From Octopus bimaculoides (taxonomy: Eukaryota): a stretch of DNA of 64,000 bases. The translations under genes were made by a program, and so were the position numbers. Positions 27,041 to 40,838 of this stretch are shown here, piece by piece; position 1 is the stretch's first letter; every line of letters begins with the position of its first letter. The stretch lies in the NCBI RefSeq assembly GCF_001194135.2, contig NC_068989.1:68830432-68894431 (forward strand). Direction: 5' to 3'. Under the pieces are notes generated by a model. It worked only from the letters and a program-made list of their open reading frames with translations, made no database searches and had not been told where the DNA came from.

Positions 27041-28795
27041 CACACACATACAATGAACTTCTTTCAGTTTTCATCAATCAAATTCATTCGCAAGACTTTG
27101 GTCGGCCCAAGGCTGCAATACAAGACACTTGCCCATGGTGTTATGTAATAGAACCAGAAAAGTATTCTGTAGGAAAGCAAACTTCTTAACTACACGGCCA
27201 TGTTTGCACCTATCAAGTAAAGAAAGGTCCCTGAGAGAACCAGTGAAATAAAAAGAATACCTTACTTGGGGAATCAAGTAAGGACAGAGGACAGAAGATG
27301 AGTATTTAGCCATAGGAAAGCTGCCTTAATATCTCTTGTCTAAGTCATTTTAGTGTGCAAAAACAGACATAAAAACAATGATAAAAATGATTAAAGACAA
27401 AGCAAAGCTAAAACTGAACAGCAGTGCCAACCATTTGAGATTTTGGTAATTACATTATCACATTTCATAGCACACCATATTAAAATGATTGAACTATCAA
27501 CAGTGCATACTTTAATCTGTTCATTTTCTTTCTTTTCTTTTTTTTATTCTTAAGCATTTATTTAATCTTGTTAATGGAGCCTTTAAATTGGTGATCAAAT
27601 ATTTTTCCTTAAAATTTTGTAATTTTAACAGGATTATTGAATTACTTTTTTATTAAAAGACTTTAAGCGATTCATTAACTAATTTCTGTAAAAGAAAATA
27701 ACGAACAGCTTTGTTTACTGTTTAATAAACTAGGATACAAACTACAAATATTTAAATGAATTTAATATCAGAAATAAAAGTAGAGACCTCATTTGCCTAT
27801 CAATTTTTATTCAAATATCTTAAATATGACAATAATGAAGAAGGAAAATATATTAATTTCATCTCTATTCATGGAATAGATTTCCTTTTCACAGAAATAT
27901 TTTTCTTTCTATCCCCAACTCTTAGTCCTAGTTCAGTTCAATAGGTTCTATCGTAAATGCATGGGATCAACCCAGTTTTTAAACAGACATACTACATACT
28001 GTCAGAAGTGACTGAAAGGGGCTTCTAGTCATAAAATAATGCCTGAAAAGTCTCATTTAACCACAAGCCAGCATTGGAAAACATGGGTGTAAAAAAAATA
28101 TTGACAGTGAGATGAATTCAAGGGGAAAAGGACAAGTGTTTCAATCCTGTTTCCTTGGATTCTGGATCTTACTCCATTTAAAATAAAGCTGCAAGGGTAG
28201 AAACAATTGGGAGTTAGAAGAGGCAAATGCTATGAATCGGTTTAAAGGTGAGTGGTAACTAGTTAGATGTCGAGAAAAGCAGAGATCCTTAAAGGTAGAG
28301 GATGGAAAACTAGAGTGTTAATATATGCTGTCTGCAACATTGCATACAAAATATTTTCAAAAAAAAAATGTTTTAAAGTAGGAATTATATGAAATAGGCA
28401 AACACTACACATGACAGTACATATAAAAAGGAAGACTTCCTTTAAAAATACAATCAACACAAATTACTTGAGATTATATTTAAGAGCTAAACAACATTGT
28501 GCAGGAAAGGTATAACGACATAAAAGAGCTAAAGGAACATGGGTGCAAAAACCAAGTCATTCTTTCAAATAATCACAACTGGCTGGGAACTGTTCTATTA
28601 TATTCAATGGTTTTTCATAAGAAACTTTTGCACATAAAAACTGAAATGAATACTTTTCTTAAAAAGATAATTACAAACTCTGTATATTAAATACTTTCAC
28701 ATATATAAATAACTCCACCTCAGTACATAAAGGATATTAAATGTAGGTCAAAGGAAAAATTAAAAAGCATAAGAAGTAAAGAAAAATGAAATCTA

Positions 28796-29206
<411 letters not shown>

Positions 29207-30775
29207 CTAAATTACAAACTTCTATTAAAGGCTTATGCTAATTTATGTTCCAAAACACCAGCTTAAAAATTATTTTACAAAATTCTTTATCATTTGCTAA
29301 ATTCATAGAAACAAAGGCAGTGTATTTCAACAGAAATATAGAAAGAAAAGGATTAAAGGATATATGAAAATAAACCCCCTAAGTTAGCTAAAAGTAGAAA
29401 AGAGTAGTAAACATATACTGGAATATAAGAACAAATGATTTAAAGAAATAATTTAGATTCTATTATCTTTATTCCATTTTGTAATCAATTGATCACTTTT
29501 GTTTTAATGAATTATATATCATTTTATTTAAACTTGCATAAATGGATGGTTCTGCAAATTAGGATAATTGCATATAAAATATTTCACTATAACAATTGGA
29601 TGACCTTTCCAAATATGCTTCAAATAAGCAGTATGATACACTTTATCTAGAAACATAAGTGTTGAATTACAAATAATTCTTTAAAATATGATAGATTAAG
29701 CAAGTAGAGTTAAATCTCAAAACATTAACTTAGGAAAAAGAGCTGGGCACAGTATCCACAACTATAGAACATTCAAAATGAACCTAGCATTTATAACACT
29801 GTATTTCTACTACAAAATCATCATCATATAATGTCTGTTCTCCATGCAGGTATAGGTAGAATGGTTTGACAGGATCTGACAAATTGGCAAGCAACATCAT
29901 GCTCCAGTGTCTGCTTCTATAGCAGGATATTTCCTAATATCAATAATACCGACTTCTTCAGAGTACTGGATGTTTTTTGTGGTAACACCACTAGTGAGGT
30001 TACCTTGCAAGTTACAAGGTAACTTTAAAGGTGTGGTTCTATGAGTAACTCTCAAACATTCAATTTACTATCTCCATGTCATAAGAACTACTTCATTCTA
30101 TTCTGATGTGAGAGAATTCACCTCAGCATTGTAGATAATAGAATGGTTAGCTCAAATTCCAGTTAACTATCATATTTCACCATAAAATCTCTCTCTCTCT
30201 TTAGGGGCTCTGCAGCCAGGTAAGTGCAATAGAAGTTCAATGTGCTATTCAAAATATCCAAAACCAAGCAACAAAGACATCTACATTAGCAAGGTATCCT
30301 AACCTTTTAGCCAGTAGGCCTTTATTAGTAAAAAAAAGCATATACTGAATGACATGTTATGAAAACTATTGTTGGTCCCAGCAGGGTTTGAGTCTATAAT
30401 ATCCAGGCACCAAATAAGTGATAAAATACCCAATCCGTTCCACTTTCAATGCCTACACTGTCATACCAAATGCTTCTCTAGAACTTAATCATGTGCTGGG
30501 AGTTATGCAGTCATCTGGACAAAACACTTTGCCCACTCACAACTATTGATCTTATAGATTTCATCTGTTAATACTGAAGGTCTTAATTTTTATCACAATT
30601 AAAAAGATTAAATAGTGGTTTGCCAAGTCTGCCATAAAGTAAATTAAGAGTTATGTGAGACAAGTGGGATGCGGCAAATAATCAATAATAACTTGACTGA
30701 TAGCAGTTAATTTATTTAGAAAAAAATAAACTCTCAACCAAACAGATTTAACACTAACAAAGGGATTTCTTTTAA

Positions 30776-30986
30776 CCCTTCTGATACAAATCAACCTGAG
30801 ACTACCTTTGATTTTATGATACGAACCTCCATCTGAAAGTGATCTAAATTAAACCCTCCCATTGAATTTCATGTTAATTTATATTCCAAACACTGGTTTA
30901 AAAATGACGAAGTTTTTTTTAATAAATTCTGCACTGTTTTCAACATTAAGGCAGCATATTTCAACAAAAATATAGGAACAAAAGTG
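30776..30986. mobile_element. Non-autonomous DNA transposon with TTAA flanks (piggyBac-like MITE)
   Basis: TTAA|CCCTT...AAAGTG|TTAA. Related copies at about 5164-5375, 5430-5654 and 29150-29365 and a fragment near 340-376 share CAAACACCAGCTTAA...AAGGCAGT.TATTTCAAC. Confidence 0.7.
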
Positions 30987-33900
30987 TTAAAATTTCTTTT
31001 CAGATTTAAAGTACACAAAAGTATTTTCCACTTAAAATTAAAATATGTAACAAAGAATGGTTAAGCATTGGTTAAGTTGTTAAGTTCATTTTTTAGTCAT
31101 GTGGCTCTGGATTTGATATCACTGCACAGCACCATGGATTTTTTCTATTGTAGCCTCAGGCTAACCAAAACCTTGTGAACAGATGCTGCTAGATGTAAAA
31201 CTGTGAGAGAAATAGTGCCTAACTAAATGACATAGTATATAGGTCCACTTTACTAAGTACTATGGTTCATTCAAATCTATTATCTTCTATTCTATTAATG
31301 CTTCTGAGTCCCACTACATGGTACCTTGGGCAAGTGTCATTCTACTATAGCTCTAAGCTGATCAAAGCTTGGCAAGTGAATTTGAGAGAGGAAAACTGAA
31401 AGAAGCTAATCATATAAATACATGCATATATGTGTGCATGAGTGTGTTAGTGTCTCCTTGTTGTGACATTGTGCAATACTTGTAAACAAATAGCACTATC
31501 CTTCAGTTCCAATCTTCTGTGAACATATGTCTAGCCATGGGGGAAATATTACCTTACTTGGAAACAGGTGAAGGTTGGTGACAAGAATGGCATGAAGCTG
31601 TAAAATATCTGCCCCAAAGAAACCCGTCTGACTCATGCAGGATGGAAAAGTTGATCCTAAAGTAATGACACTAATATTGGTTGGCATCTAGTTTAGTACT
31701 TTATTGTTCCAAACACAATTTAGACCATGATGAATTTCTTTTAGCTATTAAATAGAAAGAACTTAATACCTAAACAGGATATTTAACTGCTAAACTTTGG
31801 GCACTAATTAAATAGTTACTTCTGAACATAACAACTGGCTATCATAATCATTACTATTATATAGGTGCATATTTCAATGGTTGTGTGGTCTGGAATTGTC
31901 TGCAGATTATCAACTGCAATTCTTTCTCTGGTAAGTAATTAGCTAGATTAATCCAAAATATTTATTTCTGTGTAGTCCTCTTACATTGGTGAATCACACA
32001 TGTTATGAACACATATCACCCAAAGGAGAGAGGCAGTGCTCTCCTATGAGGAAAAACAACAATAATCAGATATTAGGCTTGAACCTGCCAGGACATATTA
32101 AGAATGAATAGATATGTTATTGTTTGGATTCCTGCTGCTCTGCACACACCCCAGGAATTAGTATCTGTTTGACAAGTATCAGTAAATAATTTGTTTGTTG
32201 ATTTATTTAAGTAAGAGCTCATGTTATATGCTCTTGCTAGATTCATTGGTCTGCTGGGATAACTGTGACAAAGGAGACACACACAAAAAGTTAAAACATT
32301 GCAGTGTCTTAAATTCCCCTTACACTGGTGAATTGCATGTATTACGAATGCATATTGTCTAAAGAACAGAAGTGTACTTCAATGACAACATGCAGAAGCA
32401 ATCAAATATTCACATTCAGAACTGCCAGAACATATTATAAATGAATAGATCGATTATTTAATTTGAGATAATTTTTAAATGAACTATTCTGTATACCAAG
32501 TAAATAATGCTTAATTTTCACCTGCCTGTACATCATAGCTCAAATTAACTGTTTAGAAACTTCTAGAAGTATCCTCTCTGAAGTATATCGCAAGGGTTTC
32601 AAGATAGAAAAAAAGAAGATGGTTGAAAATGGAACCTTATTCAATGAAAGCCCAAATGAGATCCAAATCCTTCATTGAATTTACTGCTGTATAATTCTTA
32701 ATGTACCTAAATGTGGAATCAATTACTACTTGAATCATTTGAACACACCTCTCTTAACATGGCAAAGCAAAAATCTGAAAGTCTACAAGTTAGGTACATA
32801 GGCATACATGATTTTATATATTTTGTACTCTTGGCAACAAGAGTTTTTTTTAAATATACAAATAAAATATGATATTGAGATTTATCATGTTTCATCAGGC
32901 AGTATTATCATCACAGGATTATGTGTGTATGTTACATAAGGAAATAATCTGATTATAAATCATTTCTAAGAATGAATAACGGAATAAAATCTTCAAGAAT
33001 ACAGATAAAAACTAAAATAACTAATACACATACAAGGAAGTTGATAGTAGTATATCTAGTGACATAAACCTGATAAGCTTTGAAGCAGGTAGTAAGTAAC
33101 ACCATAGTATTATTAGCAGATTAGCAGAACACCTCTAAATAGTTTTACATTGTAAATGTAATTTTCCATAATCTCTATTTATCAAACATTTTCTTTATCT
33201 ACAGTTTATAAATATCATCATTTTAACATCAACTTTTCCATGCTTGCATGGTTTAGATGAGATTTGTTGAGATAGATTTTCAATAGCCAAATGATCTTCC
33301 TGTCACCAATCCTCACCCGTTTTCAAGAAAAATAATAATTCCTGTAGTTCTTCAAACATGAATGGCACAATGGTCAGAGAGGTTTTCAGGAAAGATTGCA
33401 AATGAAAAGCATTGCTTGTATGATAATGATATCTGCTCACAATCAGAGTACGAAATCCACACAAAGAGATATAAACATGAACACACTAACACACAATGTG
33501 TTTCAGTATCTAGCTATTAAATCCAATCACAAGGCTTTGGCCAGCACAGGGTTATAGCAGAAGACATCTGCCCAAAGTGCTTCACAGTGGGACTGAACTC
33601 AGACGTAAATAAATACCAATGCTCAATGGATTCTTGAAGTTAAAATAAAAAAACATGTTCAACATAGATGAGTAACTTTGAAGGAAAACATTCCTTACAT
33701 TTTAATGAGGTTGGACTATCAGTGAGTGTGTATGGATATAGTTTCAAATTTTTTTAGAAATTTTAATTCACTTCTAAAATATTAGAACTGATTTAGTTCT
33801 AAACAGTCATCTTTAGATATTTCACTTTATTGCAGCAGCAGCAGAAAACATAACCACTACAAATATACAAAAGGAAATTAGTCTTGTACTATCACTTAAA

Positions 33901-35483
33901 TTTACTGCACATTTTAGAAACCACAAAGCTTAACATAAACAAATAGCCTATATTAGTTTATTATAGATATCAATCCTGTTTGTTTGCCTTAAAGAATTTA
34001 ACAGCCTATTTTATTATTTTTGAAACCATAAACTTTAAAGTTGGTTAAAGAAATAAAGCAAGTTCTAGAGTAACTTCCAAGTCTGACGGTATTGTATCAA
34101 CAACCAAGCAGTTTGTTTGCAACCATACAAAATAATATATAGAGGATAAAATTAGTGTGAATCCAAAGAACAAATACTATCCAATTTTTATACAACTGGA
34201 CTTACAATAGTAGTATAAAATCATAAGATTTAAAGGTATCATCTTATATGAATAAATACATAATTTGAGTAGAAGATGCAAGTGTTTGGTGGGATTGGGG
34301 AAGCAGCTGCAGAGAACCCAGATGTGTAGAACACCTACTTTGTGAACCATAACTACAAACATTATGTAAAAAAAATGTTAGCAGGAAAGTGGTGCTACTG
34401 TAGGAAAGACTGAAGTAGATTTCATTTAACAGCAAATGAATTATAGTTTTTTTCAAGATCACTTATTCATGCAACTTTATAATTCCAACCTTCTAAAATA
34501 GTAACTAGTAGAGAGAATTCAAAGTTAGTCTCATCAAAAACAAAACAAATTTCTTTAAATAAAAACACTGCATAGAAAAAGGACAAAAACTTGTTTTTGA
34601 CATGGAAATTCTAGAAATATCTTTACTCTTTGTAGTAGACAAAACAATGTTGATGTAGTTAAAAATAAGAATTCCTCAAGACATATCATGTCTAGAATGC
34701 ATTACCATATATTCAGATGATCAATATGATCAATATGATTGATTGCATAAAAAGAATGATTCAACAATAATGCTATTATTTTGTAGAATAATTATAGGAA
34801 GATTCACAAATAGGAAGAAAAAAAACAAAAACAAAAAATAGAACAGAAAATAATACATTAATTTTTTAAAAACATCTCTCAAGAGAAGTTAAATTAAAAA
34901 TTCAACTTTCAGAAGGAAAACAACAGCTCCTTGAATTAGAGGAATTAGTTAAAAGATTTCTGAATTCAGAATTTGGACAACTAAGCAGGTTTTATATCAT
35001 AAACAAACTAAATTATTAATTGCTTAAAATAACTGTTTTGATAGATATTCTCCAAAATTTAAAACAAACCAAAATAATATATCCTTTTTTTTATAAAGAC
35101 AGAGATCTGTATAAATTGGATTTTACACAGCAATCAAATACTTTACCTAAATACAACATGAGGGAGCAGAACATTTAAAAACGATCAGTTTGTTTAAAGA
35201 CATTTGAAATCTACTGCAAATATTCAATTTGATAAGCTGACTACAAACAGCAATGTCTCCAAAATTAGTTCTGGCAAATATCCAGAAGAAAAAATCAATA
35301 AAGACAAAATGACTTTTTCATGTCCTTGGCAAATATCAAGACAGTTTAAATTTCAAATAATAGTTTAAAACATCTTCAACTCTCTCTCTCTAAGTAATGT
35401 AAAAATACATGTCAAAAGATGTCAATAACTGAATAAAAATCCAACTTAAAATTATTTTCCTAAGTACATATTGTAGTAATTTA

Positions 35484-35527
<44 letters not shown>

Positions 35528-38500
35528 CACACACACACATGCACACATACCTGCATAGAAGACAGACATTGAATGATGATATACATACATATATATGTGT
35601 GTCTGTCATGTAAAAAGCACCATCTGAATGTGGTCGATGCCAGCCCCCCAGCCACTGGCTCCCGTGCTGGTGGCATGTAAAAAAACACCCACTACACTCT
35701 CAGAGTGGTTGACGTTAGGAAGGGCATCTAGCAGAGAAACCATGCCAGATCAGATTGGAGCCTGGTGCAGCCTCCTGGCTTGCCAGTCCTCAGTCAAACC
35801 GTCCAACCCATGCCAGCATGGAAAACGGACATTATATGATGATAATGTTCGTTTCCCATGCTGAAAAACAGACATATAATGATGATATATACACACACAG
35901 ATCTTTACTTCTACATCTTAGGTAATAACAATAATAATGAGAGTAACGAAAAAAAATATTTTGAGGTTTACTTAAATTTTATCAATTCCTACACAGCCAA
36001 AACATTCACACATTGAAAGTATTTTAATTGCCATTTACATATTAGTATAAAATGTAAAGGTGTGGAAAATGGAACAAGAAAGACAACAGAATATGCGTTA
36101 TAGATAAAGGAGACTGACAGACACTATCAAGAGATTAATTATACTGTATCACCTGACCAGATGGAAAGAACAAACGAAAACATATCACATGACCAACAAA
36201 GAAAATTGTTTCTTATGTTTATACAATAGAATACAGTTCTAAGTACATTTCAGCATTAGCTATATATTAAACATATTTAAAAAGGAAGAAAGAATGAAAA
36301 CAATGTTGCCATGAGCCTAAATCTAGAATATATATGATTATACAAACAAGGCACGTTTTCTGTAACTGGATCACCTTCTCACTAGTAACCATTCAACCAT
36401 GAATGTTTGTCAGATAAGCTAGAGAGAGGTACATACTTTGATTAGGGCACAACAAAATAAATGGGTGTGGTAAAATTTACCTATACACTTGCATTAGAGA
36501 GTGAAAATTAGCTGTAGAAACCTTAGTCAGTGATAACATCAGAACCGTATTATTATACTGTCAGCTTGATTTTGCAAGACAGGTGGTGTTTAGGTTTCTA
36601 TTACATTACAATGGTTCAAACAGGATATAAATTGACAACCCATCAGTATTTCAAATATAGGAGAGACCTCTATATGTGGAAATCTATATAGTATAACCTC
36701 TGAAACTGTAACATCATCAATTCCAAGCATAACTCAAACCTACAATACCTCCTATGAAGTATGCGTGAAACAAAGAAGACTTACATAACACAGATAACAT
36801 TAACACGTCTGTTCAGTGGTCATAAGTATTAATGATAAAATGTGCCTCAGCATGACCACAGCCCCTGGCTGAACCCATAAAAGTAAATAAATTGAAGGAT
36901 TGTTAGCAGAATTTCCTCGTGGAAGTTCTTTTCTTAAATAAAACCTGTCTTAGAAATTTCCTTTGGAATACTGGTTTCAAATTTAAACACAATTTCAGGA
37001 GAAGAGAGAGTCAATGATGTCAACCCCAATGCTTGACTGGTTCTTATTTTATCGACCCTGAAAGAAAGAAAGGCAAAGGTGACCCCAGCAGTATTTGAAC
37101 TCAGAATATTAAGTTGGACGAAATGCTACTAAGCCTGTTTTCTGGCATGGCAACAAACCTGCCAGCTTGCTGCCATGTTCCTTCAAAACATGTCTATTTT
37201 TTTTTACAATTTTTAATATTTCAAAGGAACTTTCTAAGACTGATTTTATTTAACAAGAGAATTTCCGTAAGGAAACTCTGCCAACAATCGTTCAATGAGT
37301 TTGAAGGAATATTTGTGCTAAGAAATTTTAAGTTCTACACAAGCTCACTATTTCTACAACTATGGATAAAAGAAAGTGTCATTCTTACTATCTCTCTTTT
37401 CCTTTTGCTCAAAAAGAGAAAAGGGGGAAAACCATAGAAAGATGGTCTTTACTAGCTTGTTCCAATTTTCAGATCCTCTCAGCTATCTTGAGCATATACT
37501 CAAAACAAAAAATTCCATAAATTTATAGCAACAGAAGAAAAACATTAAGACCAGCAGCAAAATAAAGAAATAGTAAAGAAGTATCATATGATTTCAAATG
37601 AAAACTCTTGCTAAATATTATCTATACATGAAAGAAATACTGCAATGTTTTACTAAAATAACATGAGATTTCAGTGATTCAGTTCCAGTATAATCTTGGA
37701 TTCATAATTACTTCACAATTGCAGGAAGATGAAACAACTGATACAGACAAGATTCAAACAGAGATGCACTAGATTACATGTTATTAACACATTTAGTTTG
37801 ACATGCCACATTCAGCATATTCTCCACTGATTTAAGTAACTGTTAGTTGCAAATGAGGCACAGATAGTCAAACCAATAGCATACCAGATATTCAGGCATG
37901 GCTGTATGGTTAAGAGGTGCACTTCTCAACCATGTGGTCTCCAGCTGAGTTTCATAGGCTCATCACAGGAACCTAGCTCATCAGAATCAGGTGAATCGGA
38001 CTGTTTTAAATGATAATAATATATATATATATATACTATAAAAATTCAGAGCTGAATATATTTATCTAACTACTTGTCATCCTTAAAGTTATACAGTGAA
38101 CTAATGGGGATCCAGAAATCCAAGCAGTTACCCTTGTCAGCAATCCTGCAAAAACTAGCTAACAGAAAGGAACAACACTTCGGTCAAAGAAAGTATTTCA
38201 CACTAGCAAAATATCCAGGAAGTTTTTGTTATTTGCAGAGTATAATGTAACAACCGAAGTATAAATGTGATACCATACCATCATTCTTTCAAACCGTCCC
38301 ACCCATGCCAACATTGAAAACAGACGTTAAATGATGATGATGATGACTATATAGAGAGAGATCAAAAGAATTTAAAACAGGTTACAAACTGGATTTATAA
38401 ATACTAACTGTAATACTGAAGCCCTCAATGCATATGAGAAAATGTAGATATAAGAAAACTATTAAAAGTACGTAATGATTGAAACCTGTCGGGAAGTGTC

Positions 38501-39437
38501 AATGAGATAATGTATTTACAGTTACAGTCACATCACATAACTGAAACCACAGCTTGCATGAAATGCCTATGCTCCCACTGGTTTATGAGCAACTGAGAAA
38601 ATATAGAAAAAAAAGAAAAAAAAAAAAAAAGATAATCTAATTTGAAATTTCATCAATCAGTCCAGGAAGCAACTTATTTTGGGTGGGTTAATTATTTTCA
38701 CTCCAGTGGTGAAAATGCCTAATCTCTGCTCATGAACTAGCTTAGCTGTCGGTAATCGATAATTTGAGCAGTATTTATAATATTAACATAACAGTAGCCA
38801 CTGAATTCTCCTATATATATATTACACGAGGACTTTGGCTTATATTCAAACTAATCAACAGAATTTAAATCAATTAGTGCAAATAGGAAACAGATATTTA
38901 ATAATGTTTACAGTGCATTCTCAAAAGAAACAAGCATATATTATATAGTTCATATTATTTCCTTTTATGAGTCGTCATCAATTTAGCATCCACTTTCCCA
39001 TGCTTGCATGGGTTAGGTTGAATTTGTTGAGGCATGTTTTCTATGGCTAGATGCCATTCCTGTCTCCAAGTAAAGTAATATTTCCCCACAACCAAACAGG
39101 TTTTCACAGGATAATGGAAATGGAGGACAGAGCCTGCATTACAGTGATGCTCATTTACAACTATCAAGCAATGTCAAAGCAAGGAGAGTAACGCACACAT
39201 ACATGTTTGTGTGTGCATATAGAGAGAGTTATTAATGAGGGATTATCAATCCAGGCAAAATATTTTATAAGCTCTCTGTTAATACAAATACACCAAGCTA
39301 ACAAAATTTTTAGATTAGTAAAGAACTGCATAAGCCTATGGCATAGACCAAGGTTATAGTTCATCACCATTCTATATTGTAAATCCATAATTGTATTTTA
39401 AGCTGAATTGGTTTTCTACACAGGATGATATACAACA

Positions 39438-39760
39438 CAAGGTATGAATAATGGTCATTTACATATTCCTTTATTGTTGTAAATACAATTTATAGCTGTT
39501 TATAATAGTTATTGTTGGTTTGTCTATTGATCAGGTGAGAAAAGTTGAACAACTTTAAAGCACTAATGCTATCGTCGTCAGATTAGCATGCTCTGGCTCT
39601 GATGAAGATAGTATTAGTTCTTTAGGATCATGCAACTTTTCTCAACTAATCAATGGACCGATTGAGTAATAATGGATGATTCAACAATGACTATCGGAAA
39701 CAACTGTAAGTTGTATTTACAACAATAAAAGAATATGTCATGACCATTACTTATATCTCG
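39438..39760. mobile_element. About 320-bp fold-back element, self-complementary along its length and centred on AGCATGCT (39585-39592)
   Basis: Nested arms pair: AATGGTCATTTACATATTCCTTTATTGTTGTAAATACAA with its reverse complement near 39710-39750; ATTGATCAGGTGAGAAAAGTTG with CAACTTTTCTCAACTAATCAAT; TAAAGCACTAATGCTATC with GATAGTATTAGTTCTTTA. Confidence 0.85.
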
Positions 39761-40672
39761 TCTTCATCATCATCATCGTTTAACGTCTGCCCTCCATGCT
39801 AGCATGGGTTGGATGATTTGACTGAGGACTGGTGAAACCAGATGGCTACACCAGGCTCCAATCTGATTTGGCAGAATTTCTACAGCTGGATGCCCTTCCT
39901 AATGCCAACCACTCAGAGAGTGTAGAGAGTCTTATGATGATGATGATAAATATGACAAGCTGCTTTAAGTTTCCATCTACCAAATCTACTAACAAGGCTT
40001 TAGCTGGCCTGAAGGTATAGTAGAAGACACCTACCCAAGGTGCCATGCACTGGGACTGAACCCAAAACCATGTGGCTGGAAAACTATAATTTCTTACAAT
40101 ACAACCATGCCTGAGCCTATAATTTATGATTATTTAAGTAAAAGTCACCATTGAATGAAATAGTGCAGACAACTATGCAGGGTGACTCAGGAGTTCCTTC
40201 AGCACTTCAATAAATGATTTATAACATTTTAACTTTTTCCATTTGCTACAATTTTGTTTTTATACATTTTTAATACTATCTTTGCTCTTTTGTTGCAGAT
40301 ATCTGTCTGTGTACATGCCCCATTTTGACACTATGTGATTCATATGAGGGTCATTGTCATACAAGTGATATATCATCCATTTCCAGTCCTTTGAGAAATA
40401 AATGGGGATTGGTTACAGGAAGGGCAATGAATTCTGACTGATACAAGCACAGAAAAGTAGACATTAACTGATATGGTGTGTGTGTGTGTGTGTGTATATA
40501 ACTGCAGTTATAACAAAAATAGAATTCAAACTCTAATCAAAGTATGTTGTTGAGCTGTTAATCTAAAGTGTCCCAATTATATAATTTTCCATTAAATTTT
40601 GCTCGTTTCCTCTCATTCATTTTCTTTTTCTCCCCTTCCATTTTTGCAACATGATAAAAAAGAAGAAATTAC

Positions 40673-40838
40673 CTTTGATATCTCGATGAAGTTTCTTTTC
40701 AGAATGTAAATAATCCAGCCCTTTTAAAATTTCTCTTAAAATAATTGCAATATCATTTTCTTGAAATAAGCCAGCTTTCATAAGATCAAGTGCTGATCCA
40801 CCTCCAAGATACTCCATAATAATCCATAATTTGGTCCC
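40673..40838 (-). CDS. GckIII (STK24/25/26): Kinase exon: [55 protein letters not shown]
   Basis: tttttag|GGG...AAA G|GTAATT; 166 nt, phase 0-1. Hinge and HRD catalytic loop. Confidence 0.97.

Noticed and set aside
30371-30453. tRNA-like sequence on the minus strand
   Set aside because: The A and B boxes are degenerate and there is no consistent cloverleaf. It is at most a decayed SINE head.
32073-32282. 69-aa minus-strand ORF after a good acceptor in the intron before the DFG exon, checked as a possible mutually exclusive activation-loop exon
   Set aside because: It has no kinase similarity, and in the required phase 1 it stops after six codons.
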